This document shows positions 9,905 through 19,671 of a stretch of 64,000 nt of DNA, in pieces; the first letter of the stretch is position 1; the number at the start of each line of letters is the position of its first letter. The position numbers and the translations under genes are program-made. The notes beneath the pieces are model-generated. The model was given only the letters and a program-made list of their open reading frames with translations. It was not told the origin of the DNA and made no database searches. The stretch comes from a virus: positions 36,395-100,394 of IMG/VR virus record IMGVR_UViG_3300009169_000001, one strand, 5' to 3'.

Positions 9905-10165
9905 GTGATGAAAAAGCCAGAATTTCAGTTCAAAGTCGGTGACCGGATCGTGGTCCATGGTCATCGCATCAATGCCGCCATTGCCCAGCGCGGAGAGGTG
10001 GTTGATATCTACGCCCTGCCCCGCGACGGGTACCGCTACTGGATCCGCTTCGATGGTGACAGCGCCTCCTACGGGTACGGCGTAGAACAGTCACTGGGGG
10101 GCATCAACGGTTTGGCCAGCAGCATCAAGGCCTACAGAGTCAACAATCTGGAGTACGCGCTATGA
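9905..10165 (+). CDS. small hypothetical protein (SH3-like start FKVGDRI)
   Basis: GAAGGAG RBS. Confidence 0.55.
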   Translation: MMKKPEFQFKVGDRIVVHGHRINAAIAQRGEVVDIYALPRDGYRYWIRFDGDSASYGYGVEQSLGGINGLASSIKAYRVNNLEYAL

Positions 10166-10392
10166 GAGAGCAACTTTTCAACCTGTACTGCGGGTCCAAC
10201 AATGTCGAGGGCTCGAAGGGGTCACTGGTCCGGGCTGACATCTCCCGGTCCAATGTCTGCTCCGCCCAGATCCAGCGGATGATGGACTACGTGGTGTCCG
10301 AGCCCGCCTGCGTCGGCGTCGAGTTCCAGCTGGAGATTGACGGCGAACTCTGGTACGTCCAGAAGGCTGAATACCGATTCGAAAGTGTTTGA
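10162..10392 (+). CDS. small hypothetical protein
   Basis: ATGA-coupled ORF. Confidence 0.5.
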   Translation: MREQLFNLYCGSNNVEGSKGSLVRADISRSNVCSAQIQRMMDYVVSEPACVGVEFQLEIDGELWYVQKAEYRFESV

Positions 10393-10417
10393 CATCCTAG
10401 TACTACTATGAGACCAT
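10389..10417 (+). promoter_or_regulatory. sigma70-like promoter with operator
   Basis: TTGACA-17-GACCAT; spacer contains CCTAGTACTACTATG (10396-10410). Confidence 0.6.
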
Positions 10418-10446
10418 AATACTGTAGTCGAGAGGAGGGAGCCGCG

Positions 10447-10593
10447 ATGATTGTTCTGGGTTTTGAGAGAGAAGAGATTCTGGCCTTGGTGGCGGCTGAC
10501 CTGCCGCTGGATGATGGCCCGGACGCTGCTGGCGGGAACCACTGGGACGCCTGCGACATCCATGAAGACTTCAACGACGAGTTTGACTACTAG
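10447..10593 (+). CDS. small acidic protein (48 aa; not in ORF track)
   Basis: GAGGAGG RBS; MIVLGFEREEILAL...DEFDY*. Confidence 0.5.
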   Translation: MIVLGFEREEILALVAADLPLDDGPDAAGGNHWDACDIHEDFNDEFDY

Positions 10594-10612
10594 ACCCCAA
10601 GGAGGGACTGCC

Positions 10613-10858
10613 ATGAAAGCCAATGCACGAAAAGCGTTCAACGAACTGAAGAAGGCCGGGTTTAGCGTGTGGGAAGACCTGCGCTGGTCGAGCCCCGGCT
10701 CCGGAGCCCACTTCGAGATTTCGGGGGAAGACGGCCTCGGGTTCTGCTACTACGACGATTACGATGGTGAGGCCTGCGGTGTGGCCGCCATCCTGAAGAA
10801 AAACAAGCTGTACTTCGAGTGGTACAACGCCGGGGTTGCGGCGGTCTACGATGGGTAA
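10613..10858 (+). CDS. small hypothetical protein
   Basis: AAGGAGG RBS before ATG 10613. Confidence 0.6.
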   Translation: MKANARKAFNELKKAGFSVWEDLRWSSPGSGAHFEISGEDGLGFCYYDDYDGEACGVAAILKKNKLYFEWYNAGVAAVYDG

Positions 10859-11020
10859 GCGCTGCCGGTTCTCCGGCCCGATAGAGACTTCAGTGGGGGA
10901 GCGGATGTCCGGTAAGGCCCGCTGCCCCGGATGCGGAAGGGTCATGAAGATCGCCCTCCGCAAGAACGATGAAGATGGAATCCGGTACCTCAGGTACCAC
11001 AACGAGAAGGAGCTGAAATC

Positions 11021-11344
11021 ATGATGCTACTCCGTAAGTCTGATCTGGCTGCGTTGGAGAAAAACCGGGGCGTCCCATCACCCAAGCCCGTGGTGAAATT
11101 CTTCAACCCCTGTGGCGCGGCCACGTGGTTGATCGCCGACATCGATGAGGACGGCGACACCCTGTTCGGCCTGTGTGATCTAGGCATGGGTTGCCCGGAA
11201 CTGGGCTACGTCTCCCTGCGAGAGCTGGAGAACCTGCGCCTGCCCTTTGGTCTGAAAATTGAGCGGGACCGCAGTTTCAAAGCGAGTAAGTCCCTGCTAG
11301 AGTACGCCAACGAAGCCAGTGCCAACGGTTGCATTCGCGCCTGA
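11021..11344 (+). CDS. DUF2958-family protein
   Basis: PVVKFFNP.GAATW, LFGLCDLGMGCPELGYVSLREL, IERD signature. Confidence 0.8.
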   Translation: MMLLRKSDLAALEKNRGVPSPKPVVKFFNPCGAATWLIADIDEDGDTLFGLCDLGMGCPELGYVSLRELENLRLPFGLKIERDRSFKASKSLLEYANEASANGCIRA

Positions 11345-11368
11345 CCCCCGAGACCCGAAAGGGTCCTT

Positions 11369-11393
11369 AGCCCCCCACGAGGGGGCTTTTTTT
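11369..11393 (+). terminator. intrinsic terminator
   Basis: AGCCCCC/GGGGGCT stem plus T tract, preceded by a GACCC-GAAA-GGGTC hairpin. Confidence 0.75.
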
Positions 11394-11452
11394 CGGACAT
11401 GGAAAATGTCCTAAGTTTGATTCTAGGACACGCGGTACGGTACTATCGCGAG

Positions 11453-12079
11453 ATGGCCGATATTAAAACCCCGAAGATGCTCAAGCCACTACCACCTGAG
11501 AAGATGCACGAGGTGAACGTGATGCTGATGGAAGCCCGTCGCACGGCGACCGTTGCCCGGATCATTCAGGAGGACTGGGGTTTTATCCCGGACGTGGAGC
11601 GCTCCAGTCTGATGCGCATCCTGAACCGGCACCGCACTGAGACCATCACCGAGTTCGATGTCCTTGAGCACAACGGGGCCAGCAAGCTACTGGCCTCCGT
11701 GGGCGATAAACTGGAGCGCCACGTTAAGGTTCTCGACGAGTATCAGGACCTGATCCGACTGCAGAAGGCCCGCATCGCGGCAGGGATGTACAAGGAGGGG
11801 ATCACCCCTGACGCTAAGGTGGGGCATGGCAAGCCCGACCGGCAGGTAACCAGCGACATCATGGCCATGAACAACATCCTCAACAGCTACGCCAACATCG
11901 GCCTGAAGATCGGCCTGCTCCGCACCATGACACCGGAGGAAGCCGACAAGGCTACGCGTGGCGTGCTGGTAGGTGAGCTGGCGGGGGACGTGCTGACCGA
12001 CACCGACCTGAAGGTCGGCCTGATGTCCCTGATCGGCAACATCCTCGAAGACGTGAGAGCCTCGCCTGATGACGCCTAA
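11453..12079 (+). CDS. putative terminase small subunit
   Basis: Helical ~208 aa ORF overlapping the start of the large subunit; positional inference. Confidence 0.55.
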   Translation: MADIKTPKMLKPLPPEKMHEVNVMLMEARRTATVARIIQEDWGFIPDVERSSLMRILNRHRTETITEFDVLEHNGASKLLASVGDKLERHVKVLDEYQDLIRLQKARIAAGMYKEGITPDAKVGHGKPDRQVTSDIMAMNNILNSYANIGLKIGLLRTMTPEEADKATRGVLVGELAGDVLTDTDLKVGLMSLIGNILEDVRASPDDA

Positions 12080-13925
12080 GGGGCAGGCGATTCTACAAAG
12101 TCTGCAGGCCCGCCTCCCGGCGGTGTTGGCGACCATGCAGACCAAGAGCCAGAAGGTCGAGTTCCTGCAGCGCTTTCACGACCACGTCGCCAATGATGAG
12201 TGGGACAAGCTATCCGAGATCGTTGAGACCAAGGCGACCCGGACGGTGGGAATCAAGGAGTTCATCGAGAGCCGGGACTTCCTGAACATGCGGGACGTGC
12301 TGTACCCGATCGTGATGGATGAGATCCAGCAGATGAACGGCGGCGACTACGTGGAGCTGGTGCTGACCGGGGCCATCGGGACAGGCAAGACGACCATCGC
12401 CCTGATCACCACCGCCTACCAGCTTTATCTGCTCGCCCAGTACGACTATCCCCAGAGAAAATTCGGCCTAGACCCGGCCTCCGAGATCGTGTTCATCTTC
12501 CAGTCGCTCAACGCCAAGCTGGCCAAAGACGTGGACTACGCCCGCTTCAAAGCCATGATCGACGGTAGCCCATGGTTCCAGCAGCACTTCCGTTACGACA
12601 AGACCATCGAGTCGGAGCTACAGTTTCCGAATCGCATTATCGTCAAGCCGGTGTCCGGGGCCGAGACTGCGGCGATAGGCCAGAACGTGTTCGGTGGCGT
12701 GATCGACGAATTGAACTTCATGGCCAAGATCGAGGGATCGAAGCGATCCGTGGATGGCGGCAACTACGATCAGGCGACCTCGCTGTACAACAGCATCGCC
12801 CGACGCCGGAAGTCCCGCTTCATGAAGCAGGGCAAGATGCCCGGCATCCTGTGTCTGGTATCGTCTGTCCGCTACCCCGGACAGTTCACCGACACCAAGA
12901 TCGAGGAGCAGCGCCGGGACATCGACCGCCACGGGTCCAGCACCATCTTCGTCTACAACAAGACCACATGGGGCATCAAGCCGCCGGGGACTTTCACCGG
13001 GTCATGGTTCGAGGTGTTCACCGGCAGCGCCAGCCGTTCGCCCCGGATCCTCCAGCCCAACGAGGTTCTGCTCCCGGAGGATCAGCGACTGGTGATCTCA
13101 ATCCCGGAGGAGTACCGGACCGAGTTCGAGAAGGACATGATGAACGCCCTGCGCGACATCGCCGGTGTGGCGACGCTGGCCATGCACCCGTACATCATCG
13201 TTACCGAGAAGATCACCGAGTGCGCCGACCCGAAGCTCCCGGTCCTGCTCAGCCGGAACGAGGTGGACTTCGTGGACACCAAGCTCAAGATCTATCCGGA
13301 GCGGATCACGAACCCGACCTACCCACGCTTCGCTCACGTGGACTTGGGCCTGACCGGGGACAGCGCCGGTGTGGTCATTGGGCACGTGGTGGGCTTCATG
13401 GATTGTGACCGGGGAGACCACATCGAGCAGGCCCCCAAGATTGTGATCGATGCGATACTGGAGGTGTCACCGCCGAGGAACGGGGAGATCCTGTTCTGGA
13501 AGATCCGGGACGTGTTCTACGCCCTGAAGAAATTCGGGATGAACATCAAGTGGATCACCTTCGACAGCTACCAGTCCGCTGACTCCCTGCAGCTGCTGAG
13601 GCAGGCGGGGTTCATCGCCGACATTCAGTCCATGGACAAGAGCATTGATCCGTACGAGTACACCAAGTCCGCGATCTACGATGGCCGCCTGAAATTCAAC
13701 CCGCACCCTAAGCTGCAGCGCGAGCTGGCCTCACTGGAGCTGGACACCAAGCGCGGCAAGGTGGACCACCCGCCCGGTGGCTCCAAAGACTGCTCCGATG
13801 CGCTGGCTGGCGTGGTCTACGGCCTGACCATGCGCCGAGAGGTCTGGGCGATTTTTGGCGTAAGGCCGCTGAACATGCCGACCAAGGTCAAGGCCGTGCT
13901 GGCAGCCCAGAAGCCCGACAAGTAG
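12069..13925 (+). CDS. terminase large subunit
   Basis: GAIGTGKT Walker A, VIDE Walker B, HVDLG and KDCSDA nuclease motifs. Confidence 0.9.
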   Translation: MTPKGQAILQSLQARLPAVLATMQTKSQKVEFLQRFHDHVANDEWDKLSEIVETKATRTVGIKEFIESRDFLNMRDVLYPIVMDEIQQMNGGDYVELVLTGAIGTGKTTIALITTAYQLYLLAQYDYPQRKFGLDPASEIVFIFQSLNAKLAKDVDYARFKAMIDGSPWFQQHFRYDKTIESELQFPNRIIVKPVSGAETAAIGQNVFGGVIDELNFMAKIEGSKRSVDGGNYDQATSLYNSIARRRKSRFMKQGKMPGILCLVSSVRYPGQFTDTKIEEQRRDIDRHGSSTIFVYNKTTWGIKPPGTFTGSWFEVFTGSASRSPRILQPNEVLLPEDQRLVISIPEEYRTEFEKDMMNALRDIAGVATLAMHPYIIVTEKITECADPKLPVLLSRNEVDFVDTKLKIYPERITNPTYPRFAHVDLGLTGDSAGVVIGHVVGFMDCDRGDHIEQAPKIVIDAILEVSPPRNGEILFWKIRDVFYALKKFGMNIKWITFDSYQSADSLQLLRQAGFIADIQSMDKSIDPYEYTKSAIYDGRLKFNPHPKLQRELASLELDTKRGKVDHPPGGSKDCSDALAGVVYGLTMRREVWAIFGVRPLNMPTKVKAVLAAQKPDK

Positions 13926-14004
13926 TGCACTTAATTGCACCCTAGCGATTGACAGGTACTTCGCCCATCCGCACTCTTTAGGTAGGGACGGGGGAGGGCT
14001 TGTT

Positions 14005-14211
14005 ATGTTTGGAATCGATATCCACACGGTGGTGAATTTTATGAAGAGGCACCGTGGCATGTGGGAGCACAAGACGGTGTTTGACCGCAAAAAAATGCGG
14101 TACACCACGAAGGTGTACATCGCAGGCGAACTGTTTACTGAAGAGGTGCTGGACGTTCAGCCCTTGGCCGACGCCATCATGGAGATGATGTCGGCTAAAA
14201 AAGCGTCATAG
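14005..14211 (+). CDS. small hypothetical protein
   Basis: GGAGG RBS; TTGACAGG promoter-like element at 13949. Confidence 0.45.
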   Translation: MFGIDIHTVVNFMKRHRGMWEHKTVFDRKKMRYTTKVYIAGELFTEEVLDVQPLADAIMEMMSAKKAS

Positions 14212-14373
14212 TGCTGCGGGGCTCACCGGGACATCCGCCAGCACCACGGCCAGCAGCCCCTGCTTTGACTTCGGCACTTTGAACAGAGCCACCGCTTTCT
14301 GCTTGGCCTCCCAAAGGCTTTGAGCCCCAAACCAGATTTGCTTTCCTTTGTAGTACGCAACGTAGTCGCGCAT
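14206..14373 (-). CDS. small hypothetical protein (55 aa; not in ORF track)
   Basis: Minus-strand GAGGTG RBS; MRDYVAYYKGKQI...AAL*. Confidence 0.55.
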   Translation of the reverse strand: MRDYVAYYKGKQIWFGAQSLWEAKQKAVALFKVPKSKQGLLAVVLADVPVSPAAL

Positions 14374-14384
14374 ATCACCTCTCC

Positions 14385-14615
14385 CTAGAGTTTTACTTCT
14401 TCTTCCAAGACCTTGAAGATCCCATCCGCGTCATCGCAGTGTGCGACCCGTTTCCCGGCCCACTCATTGCCATGGACCCAGAAATATCGCACCAGCAGGT
14501 AGTCGCCACCCACACCTCTGCAGACCGACAGCCTCACGTAGCTGCCAATGGCCATGTGGGAGACGACTTCATAACCGTCTTCCTCATAGGCCCGCACGTC
14601 CAGTAGTCCAGCCAT
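14385..14615 (-). CDS. small hypothetical protein
   Basis: Minus-strand AGGAGG RBS and its own promoter. Confidence 0.6.
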   Translation of the reverse strand: MAGLLDVRAYEEDGYEVVSHMAIGSYVRLSVCRGVGGDYLLVRYFWVHGNEWAGKRVAHCDDADGIFKVLEEEVKL

Positions 14616-14651
14616 CTCAACCTCCTCCTTGAAACTCCCACCAACAAGGAC

Positions 14652-14712
14652 ACCTTAGCATAGTATTACTAGTAATGCAACATTTGACAAACACGTACGA
14701 CTATGATACAGT
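14652..14712. promoter_or_regulatory. divergent sigma70-like promoter pair with operator motifs
   Basis: Minus: TTGCAT-17-TAAGGT. Plus: TTGACA(14684)-17-TACAGT. Both spacers carry the GTA-N2-ACTATG motif. Confidence 0.65.
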
Positions 14713-14755
14713 GCTTATATCGGGGGTAGTTCCCCCAGCCACTGAAGGAGCGATC

Positions 14756-14965
14756 ATGGCGAAGGTAAAGAAGGCCCCACCCCCCCTAGTCCGCAACGAG
14801 AAGATCCCGAAGCTCGTTAAAGCGTTCGACGGGTCGGACCTCAAGAAATGGCGACTGCCCGCCCTGCTCAAAGAACGGGCGGCACTGATCCGGGACGCGG
14901 AGCGCGGGCGCCCCGCCCCGCAGGCGCTGGCGGAAGTGGAGCGTGCAATCGAGGAGCGAAGCTGA
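14756..14965 (+). CDS. small hypothetical protein
   Basis: GAAGGAG RBS. Confidence 0.55.
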   Translation: MAKVKKAPPPLVRNEKIPKLVKAFDGSDLKKWRLPALLKERAALIRDAERGRPAPQALAEVERAIEERS

Positions 14966-15207
14966 TGAGCTACAGCACGGTGTACAAGCACAAGGTGTCC
15001 AAGAAAAAGGCGGCGTCGGGTGGCTACCCGGATGGTTGGGACTGGGCCATCTACACGACCAAGTCGAACACCGACCATCACCTGTTCCTGAGGGAGTTCC
15101 ATGGGGGTAAGACTTACCGTGATCTGAAGTGGGCAACGACCCATCTGGTCTGCGGGATGTTCCCGATCCCAGTCCCCATGGTAAACGCGGCGGAGGAGGT
15201 CCAGTGA
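14965..15207 (+). CDS. small hypothetical protein
   Basis: TGATG coupling. Confidence 0.5.
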   Translation: MSYSTVYKHKVSKKKAASGGYPDGWDWAIYTTKSNTDHHLFLREFHGGKTYRDLKWATTHLVCGMFPIPVPMVNAAEEVQ

Positions 15208-15620
15208 AATTAACTGCAATACAGGGTAAGAATTCTTACTGCGGTCCAGCGGCGATCGCGGCCATCGTCGGCATCTCTACCGATGCAGCGGCCAAGGCCA
15301 TCCGGGAGACCGGGTACAAGCGCAAGTCAGTTCGCAGGCTCCACCCGGAGGAGCTGGAGTGGGCACTGGCCAAGCTGGGGTACGCTGTCCACTACCAGCA
15401 GATGTCCCCTTCCGATACGCCGACCTTGGCCAAGTGGATCCGCGACCGCGAGGACCGTGCGGCGGTCAACATCGTGTACGTGACCGGGCACTACGCCGTG
15501 GTCTCTGGCAATAAGTACATCGACAACCATACCAAGGAGGCGGTGTGGATCAGCAAAGCACCGGGCCGCAGGAAGCGCGTGAAGGGTGTGCTCACCGTGG
15601 AGAAAAAAGCATGCAAGTGA
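15204..15620 (+). CDS. papain-like/C39-type cysteine peptidase-like protein
   Basis: Q...YCGPAAIA, GHY and D catalytic pattern; GTG start after GGAGG. Confidence 0.6.
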   Translation: MKLTAIQGKNSYCGPAAIAAIVGISTDAAAKAIRETGYKRKSVRRLHPEELEWALAKLGYAVHYQQMSPSDTPTLAKWIRDREDRAAVNIVYVTGHYAVVSGNKYIDNHTKEAVWISKAPGRRKRVKGVLTVEKKACK

Positions 15621-15799
15621 TTGTGACGTTGGACTACTACGATGGCAGCAAGGGTAAGTCCATTGTGGTGGCTGCGGAGGACATCCCCTCCCGGACGTTG
15701 ATGTTCAAGATGATGGAGTCGGGCGTGTGCGGGTACACCGTGACCCGGCTGGATACGCTGGGCAAATTGATGGAGCGCATGGCTCCGGAGGACGGTTGA

Positions 15800-16618
15800 A
15801 TGTTACGAGTGGAGGAAGCACTGGAGGCCACGGTCCGGGCCTTACAGCTGGGCGATGACGCCCCGGCGGGCCGAGAGCGTTATGGCGACCTACTGGATAG
15901 GCTGCGCGTAAGTCAGCATTTCTTGGTGCCCGACAGTGTGGCCGATCAGCTGAGTGAACGCATGCCTGCGGTGGATCTTTTAACGGTAAGTTTTCCGTTC
16001 CCCTGCAACTACCTGCAGATCGACAGAGTGAGCTACCCGAAGGTGGACCAGCTCGGATTCTTTTTTCTGCAAGGCGTTGGCCTGATGGGCTTGGACCGGT
16101 CTACCCCCACCGTACCCGGTATCTACAGCGCGATCATGGTGCTCTTCCCGGACCGCAATCTGTCGACGACCCCAAACATGGTGGCCTGTTTGACTGTGTG
16201 GGCGGACGGAGAGGTAACCCTCTCGACCATGGCAGACGGCGACGCGGAAGCACCCTCACACACGCGGGAGATTCTGAAGTCGGAGATAGCGCGGGCCCTG
16301 AATGTGATGAGCGCTACGACCGAGGGCGTGCTCACCCAGTACGTCCCCAGCACTCTCCGTCGGAAGGCCAAGGCGAAGCACAAGCACAAGCATCCGCTGA
16401 TTCAGTACAAGCTGCTCAAGCTGGACCTGTCTAAGCTGGAGGTACGACCGGTCCCCGGTGGTGGCCACCACGCCAGCCCCCGGCTGCACCTGAGGCGTGG
16501 GCACTGGCGGGCCTACAAGTCCGGACACCGGAAGTGGATCAACCCGATGTGGGTCGGTGACAAGGAGAAGGGGATGGTGGTCAAAAGTTATTCCATTGCG
16601 GCCACCCGAAACCCTTGA
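15800..16618 (+). CDS. hypothetical phage protein
   Basis: C-terminal SPRLHLRRGHWR...WINPMWVG motif common in phage proteins. Confidence 0.65.
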   Translation: MLRVEEALEATVRALQLGDDAPAGRERYGDLLDRLRVSQHFLVPDSVADQLSERMPAVDLLTVSFPFPCNYLQIDRVSYPKVDQLGFFFLQGVGLMGLDRSTPTVPGIYSAIMVLFPDRNLSTTPNMVACLTVWADGEVTLSTMADGDAEAPSHTREILKSEIARALNVMSATTEGVLTQYVPSTLRRKAKAKHKHKHPLIQYKLLKLDLSKLEVRPVPGGGHHASPRLHLRRGHWRAYKSGHRKWINPMWVGDKEKGMVVKSYSIAATRNP

Positions 16619-16645
16619 CACCCTAGTACCACTATGTCATAGTTA
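16615..16645 (+). promoter_or_regulatory. sigma70-like promoter with operator
   Basis: TTGACA-17-CATAGT; 31 bp identical to 17246-17276. Confidence 0.7.
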
Positions 16646-16679
16646 GCTCGTGGTTGGGAAATGTTGAAGGAGCAATGAG

Positions 16680-16895
16680 ATGGACGCGATAAAACTGGCA
16701 GTGAAAATCATGAACTACGCCGAGGCCCACTACGCTGATGGCAAGGGCTGGGACGTGGTGGTGGAGTGCAACGAGATCCCCGAGATCAAGGACGAGCTGG
16801 TCGAGATGGGTATCAAGAGCGTCAAGGAGTACTATGACAGGGTGGTCGCCCCCTACCACGAATACGCGATGGAAATAGCTTCTTCCGCCTACTAA
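16680..16895 (+). CDS. small hypothetical protein
   Basis: GAAGGAG RBS; GWDVVVEC motif. Confidence 0.6.
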   Translation: MDAIKLAVKIMNYAEAHYADGKGWDVVVECNEIPEIKDELVEMGIKSVKEYYDRVVAPYHEYAMEIASSAY

Positions 16896-17245
16896 GGAGA
16901 GTGCCATGGACCTGAAATACTTTGAATGGAAAGCTCGGATGGCCGCCCCCCAGCGGTCCCTGTCTGACTACTACAAGGCCGTGAAGTGGCCTAACGACTG
17001 CCCGGTCCGTCCGGTGCCAGTAAAGGCCGCCCCGGCCAAGGACGCTTAATGAACCATTCCCCGAGGGGTAACCTTATCCCCCAGACGGTAGAGTCGCTGC
17101 AGGAAGTGATGGCGGCTGACGCCGTCCTGATGGAGAAAATGGGCCAGAAGATTGCTGAGCTGGAAAAGACGCTCAAGGCCCGAAACGAGACGATTGCCAA
17201 GCTGCTGAGGCAGCGAGAAATACTTAGGGCGCTCAATAAAAAACG

Positions 17246-17276
17246 TTGACACCCTAGTACCACTATGTCATAGTTA
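17246..17276 (+). promoter_or_regulatory. sigma70-like promoter with operator
   Basis: TTGACACCCTAGTACCACTATGTCATAGTTA, duplicate of 16615-16645. Confidence 0.7.
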
Positions 17277-17310
17277 CTTCGTGGTTTGGATTTTCGAAGG
17301 AGCGAGAAAA

Positions 17311-18183
17311 ATGGGATATTTTCTGAGGGATGGGAGACCGGTCGCCGACCCAATGGTGCTGGTCGAAATCAAGTCGGTCAACGAGGCCAAGGTCCGGGTT
17401 TGGGAAGACTGCAACAGGTGTTGCGGCAAGGGGCATATCCCCTACTACAGCCACATCGCCGGTGGCGTGTGCTTCGCCTGCGGGGACTCAAAAGGTTGGT
17501 GGAAACTGAAGCCCTGCTACTCTGCGGAGAAGCTGGCCAAGCTGGTCGCCGCCGCCGATAAGAAGGCGGATGAAAAAGCGGCCAAGATCGCGGCCAAGAA
17601 GGCAGCGGCCCTGAGCGCCTCGATCGCCAAAGTCGGTGCTGACCTCTGGGCGGATATCGACGGCTGGGTCAATGGGCTGGGCCTGAACGCCAACTGGGAT
17701 GATGCCTACGATCACAACGCCGATGTCTACGACGGCCTGAACAAGTGGGACAGGATAATCATCGACCTCCACGGCAAGGCCGGGGCGGCGGTCGACGGCG
17801 GCCTCTCTGACAAGGCGGCGGATTTCCTGAAAAGCCTCTGGGCCAACAAAGTCAAGTTCGCCGCTGAGAAGGCGGCCAAGGACGCTGAGGCGGTGGACGT
17901 TCCCGCCGGGCGCTATGAGGTGAAGGGCAAGGTCCTGAGCATCAAGGAGTACCACGGGGACTACGGTGTGGTCTTCAAGATGCTGGTAGACTGCGGTGAC
18001 TACCGCGTGTTCGGGTCGGTTCCGGCCTCGATCAGGAAGGAAGCCCTCGCTGAGGACTGCATCCTGCAGATGGCTCTGGTCGGGAAGGTGGTCAAGTTCT
18101 CCGGGGAGTTTGAGCCGAAGGAAAAAGGTTTCGGGTTCTTCAGCCGCCCAAGCAAGGCTGAGATGGTCAAGGAGGAAGCGTGA
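17311..18183 (+). CDS. Zn-ribbon protein with C-terminal OB-fold-like domain
   Basis: CNRC.G.G...GGVCFAC; beta-rich C-terminus ending GFFSRP. Confidence 0.6.
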   Translation: MGYFLRDGRPVADPMVLVEIKSVNEAKVRVWEDCNRCCGKGHIPYYSHIAGGVCFACGDSKGWWKLKPCYSAEKLAKLVAAADKKADEKAAKIAAKKAAALSASIAKVGADLWADIDGWVNGLGLNANWDDAYDHNADVYDGLNKWDRIIIDLHGKAGAAVDGGLSDKAADFLKSLWANKVKFAAEKAAKDAEAVDVPAGRYEVKGKVLSIKEYHGDYGVVFKMLVDCGDYRVFGSVPASIRKEALAEDCILQMALVGKVVKFSGEFEPKEKGFGFFSRPSKAEMVKEEA

Positions 18184-18464
18184 TGAAGATGGACGTTTAC
18201 ATTGGTGACTTCAGGGACCGGTTCAAAGCCATGGGCCGGGATGGGGGCTGGTCTTATGAGGGTCTGGAGGCCCTGTACGATTACCTCGAAGAGATTTTCG
18301 ATGGTGAGTACAACTTGGATGTGGTCGAGCTGTGCGGGATCTACTCTGAGTACAAGGACCTTGAAGAGTACAACAAGGACACCGGCAACGACTACGACTG
18401 CAGCGATGATATCGAAGAGATCGTGGCCAGAGTTGGAGACGACGGATTTATTGTTGCCCGGTAG
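18183..18464 (+). CDS. small acidic hypothetical protein
   Basis: SYEGLEALYDYLE...LDVVELC motif. Confidence 0.6.
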   Translation: MKMDVYIGDFRDRFKAMGRDGGWSYEGLEALYDYLEEIFDGEYNLDVVELCGIYSEYKDLEEYNKDTGNDYDCSDDIEEIVARVGDDGFIVAR

Positions 18465-18477
18465 GGCGGAGGGAGCC

Positions 18478-18654
18478 ATGGACAATTTCGAAGCGGTAGG
18501 GCTGGCAGAAGGTTTCATCGACGGCGACGAGGATCAGGTGATCGAAGCGTGGCAGCATCTGGTAGACACTGGGCTGGCATGGCAGCTGCAGGGCTTTTTC
18601 GGTCGGCAGGCCCGCGCCATGATCGATGCGGGGGTGATCAATGAAGCCGCTTGA
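18478..18654 (+). CDS. small hypothetical protein
   Basis: AWQHLVDTGLAWQLQGFFGR motif, GGAGG RBS. Confidence 0.6.
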   Translation: MDNFEAVGLAEGFIDGDEDQVIEAWQHLVDTGLAWQLQGFFGRQARAMIDAGVINEAA

Positions 18655-19045
18655 AGATCGGACTTTCAACGAGCTGGTAGAGTGGGCCTCCGGGTATCTG
18701 CTCCAGCAGCTGCTCGCCGGGGACTTCCAGACCGGGGTCTATACGGTGATGAGTACCACGGCCTCGTGGCGCAGGCGGCAGGATGAGCGGGAGCTGGGGC
18801 CCAAGCGCCCGGTGCCCAAGCGCCATGATGGGTCCGCCGGGAAGTACGAAGCGGTCTGCAACTCGGAGCTGAGCACCCGCGCCAAGAACGCCCTGATCCG
18901 GGCCAACCTGACCGACGCCTATGCGGTGCGGAACGCGATCAAGAATTTTAGCGGAACGGACAAGGTGGGGGCCCTGAAAAAGATCCCCAATATCGGTACC
19001 CGTATCGCTCTGGAGATCATCAACTACTACGAGGTTTGGGAATGA
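18641..19045 (+). CDS. protein with RNA polymerase alpha-CTD-like domain
   Basis: ELSTRAKNAL...LKKIPNIG..IALEI matches the alpha-CTD/HhH pattern. Confidence 0.6.
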   Translation: MKPLEDRTFNELVEWASGYLLQQLLAGDFQTGVYTVMSTTASWRRRQDERELGPKRPVPKRHDGSAGKYEAVCNSELSTRAKNALIRANLTDAYAVRNAIKNFSGTDKVGALKKIPNIGTRIALEIINYYEVWE

Positions 19046-19431
19046 AGTGCGCATGTTGCGGGGAAGAGTGCAAAGCCGTCATCGAGGACCACGGTATCGG
19101 GCCCTACGAGTTCCAAGGGGCCAAGGGCGTGGACCGGAAGCAGGTGCTCGTCAGCGATTGCTGCGGCGACGCCGTACTCGATGACAACGGTGCCGAATGT
19201 GACGTGGAGGTCCTCGATGATCGAGAGGACGCCCTGATCGAGGACTACGACGACTGGCGTAACGACCGGTGAGCAGACACAATAAGCCCCGGTGCAAGAA
19301 GAAAATTCTGATGGGCTGGAAGAGCCACCGACGGTGTGCGGTTAGCGTGATGGAGGGGAGCGAGTACTGCTGCCACCATCAGCCGACACTGATTTATTTC
19401 AATGACATTAATTGCACTAAGGAGAAGGACA

Positions 19432-19617
19432 ATGGCACAAGAGAAGTGGGATCAGAGCTACAGGGAGAAGAATCAGGGCGCGGGGCTGGTGAAAGTGGCG
19501 GTGTGGATTCCGGCAGGCCGGAGGGTGGAGCTGAAAGCGCTGGCGGGCGAGTGGCGGAAGGCTGCTCGGGCGGAGGCGGGGGTAAACAAGGGCACCCCGG
19601 AGGACTTGATATCCTAG
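19432..19617 (+). CDS. small putative RHH-like DNA-binding protein
   Basis: YRE...AGLVKVAVWIP pattern; AAGGA RBS. Confidence 0.45.
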   Translation: MAQEKWDQSYREKNQGAGLVKVAVWIPAGRRVELKALAGEWRKAARAEAGVNKGTPEDLIS

Positions 19618-19634
19618 TACGACTATGGGATAAT
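19606..19634 (+). promoter_or_regulatory. sigma70-like promoter with operator
   Basis: TTGATA-17-GATAAT with extended -10; spacer CCTAGTACGACTATG. Confidence 0.7.
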
Positions 19635-19671
19635 GTCGCTGGAGGTTTGGTTGTTGTTTCAAGGAGGAAAG

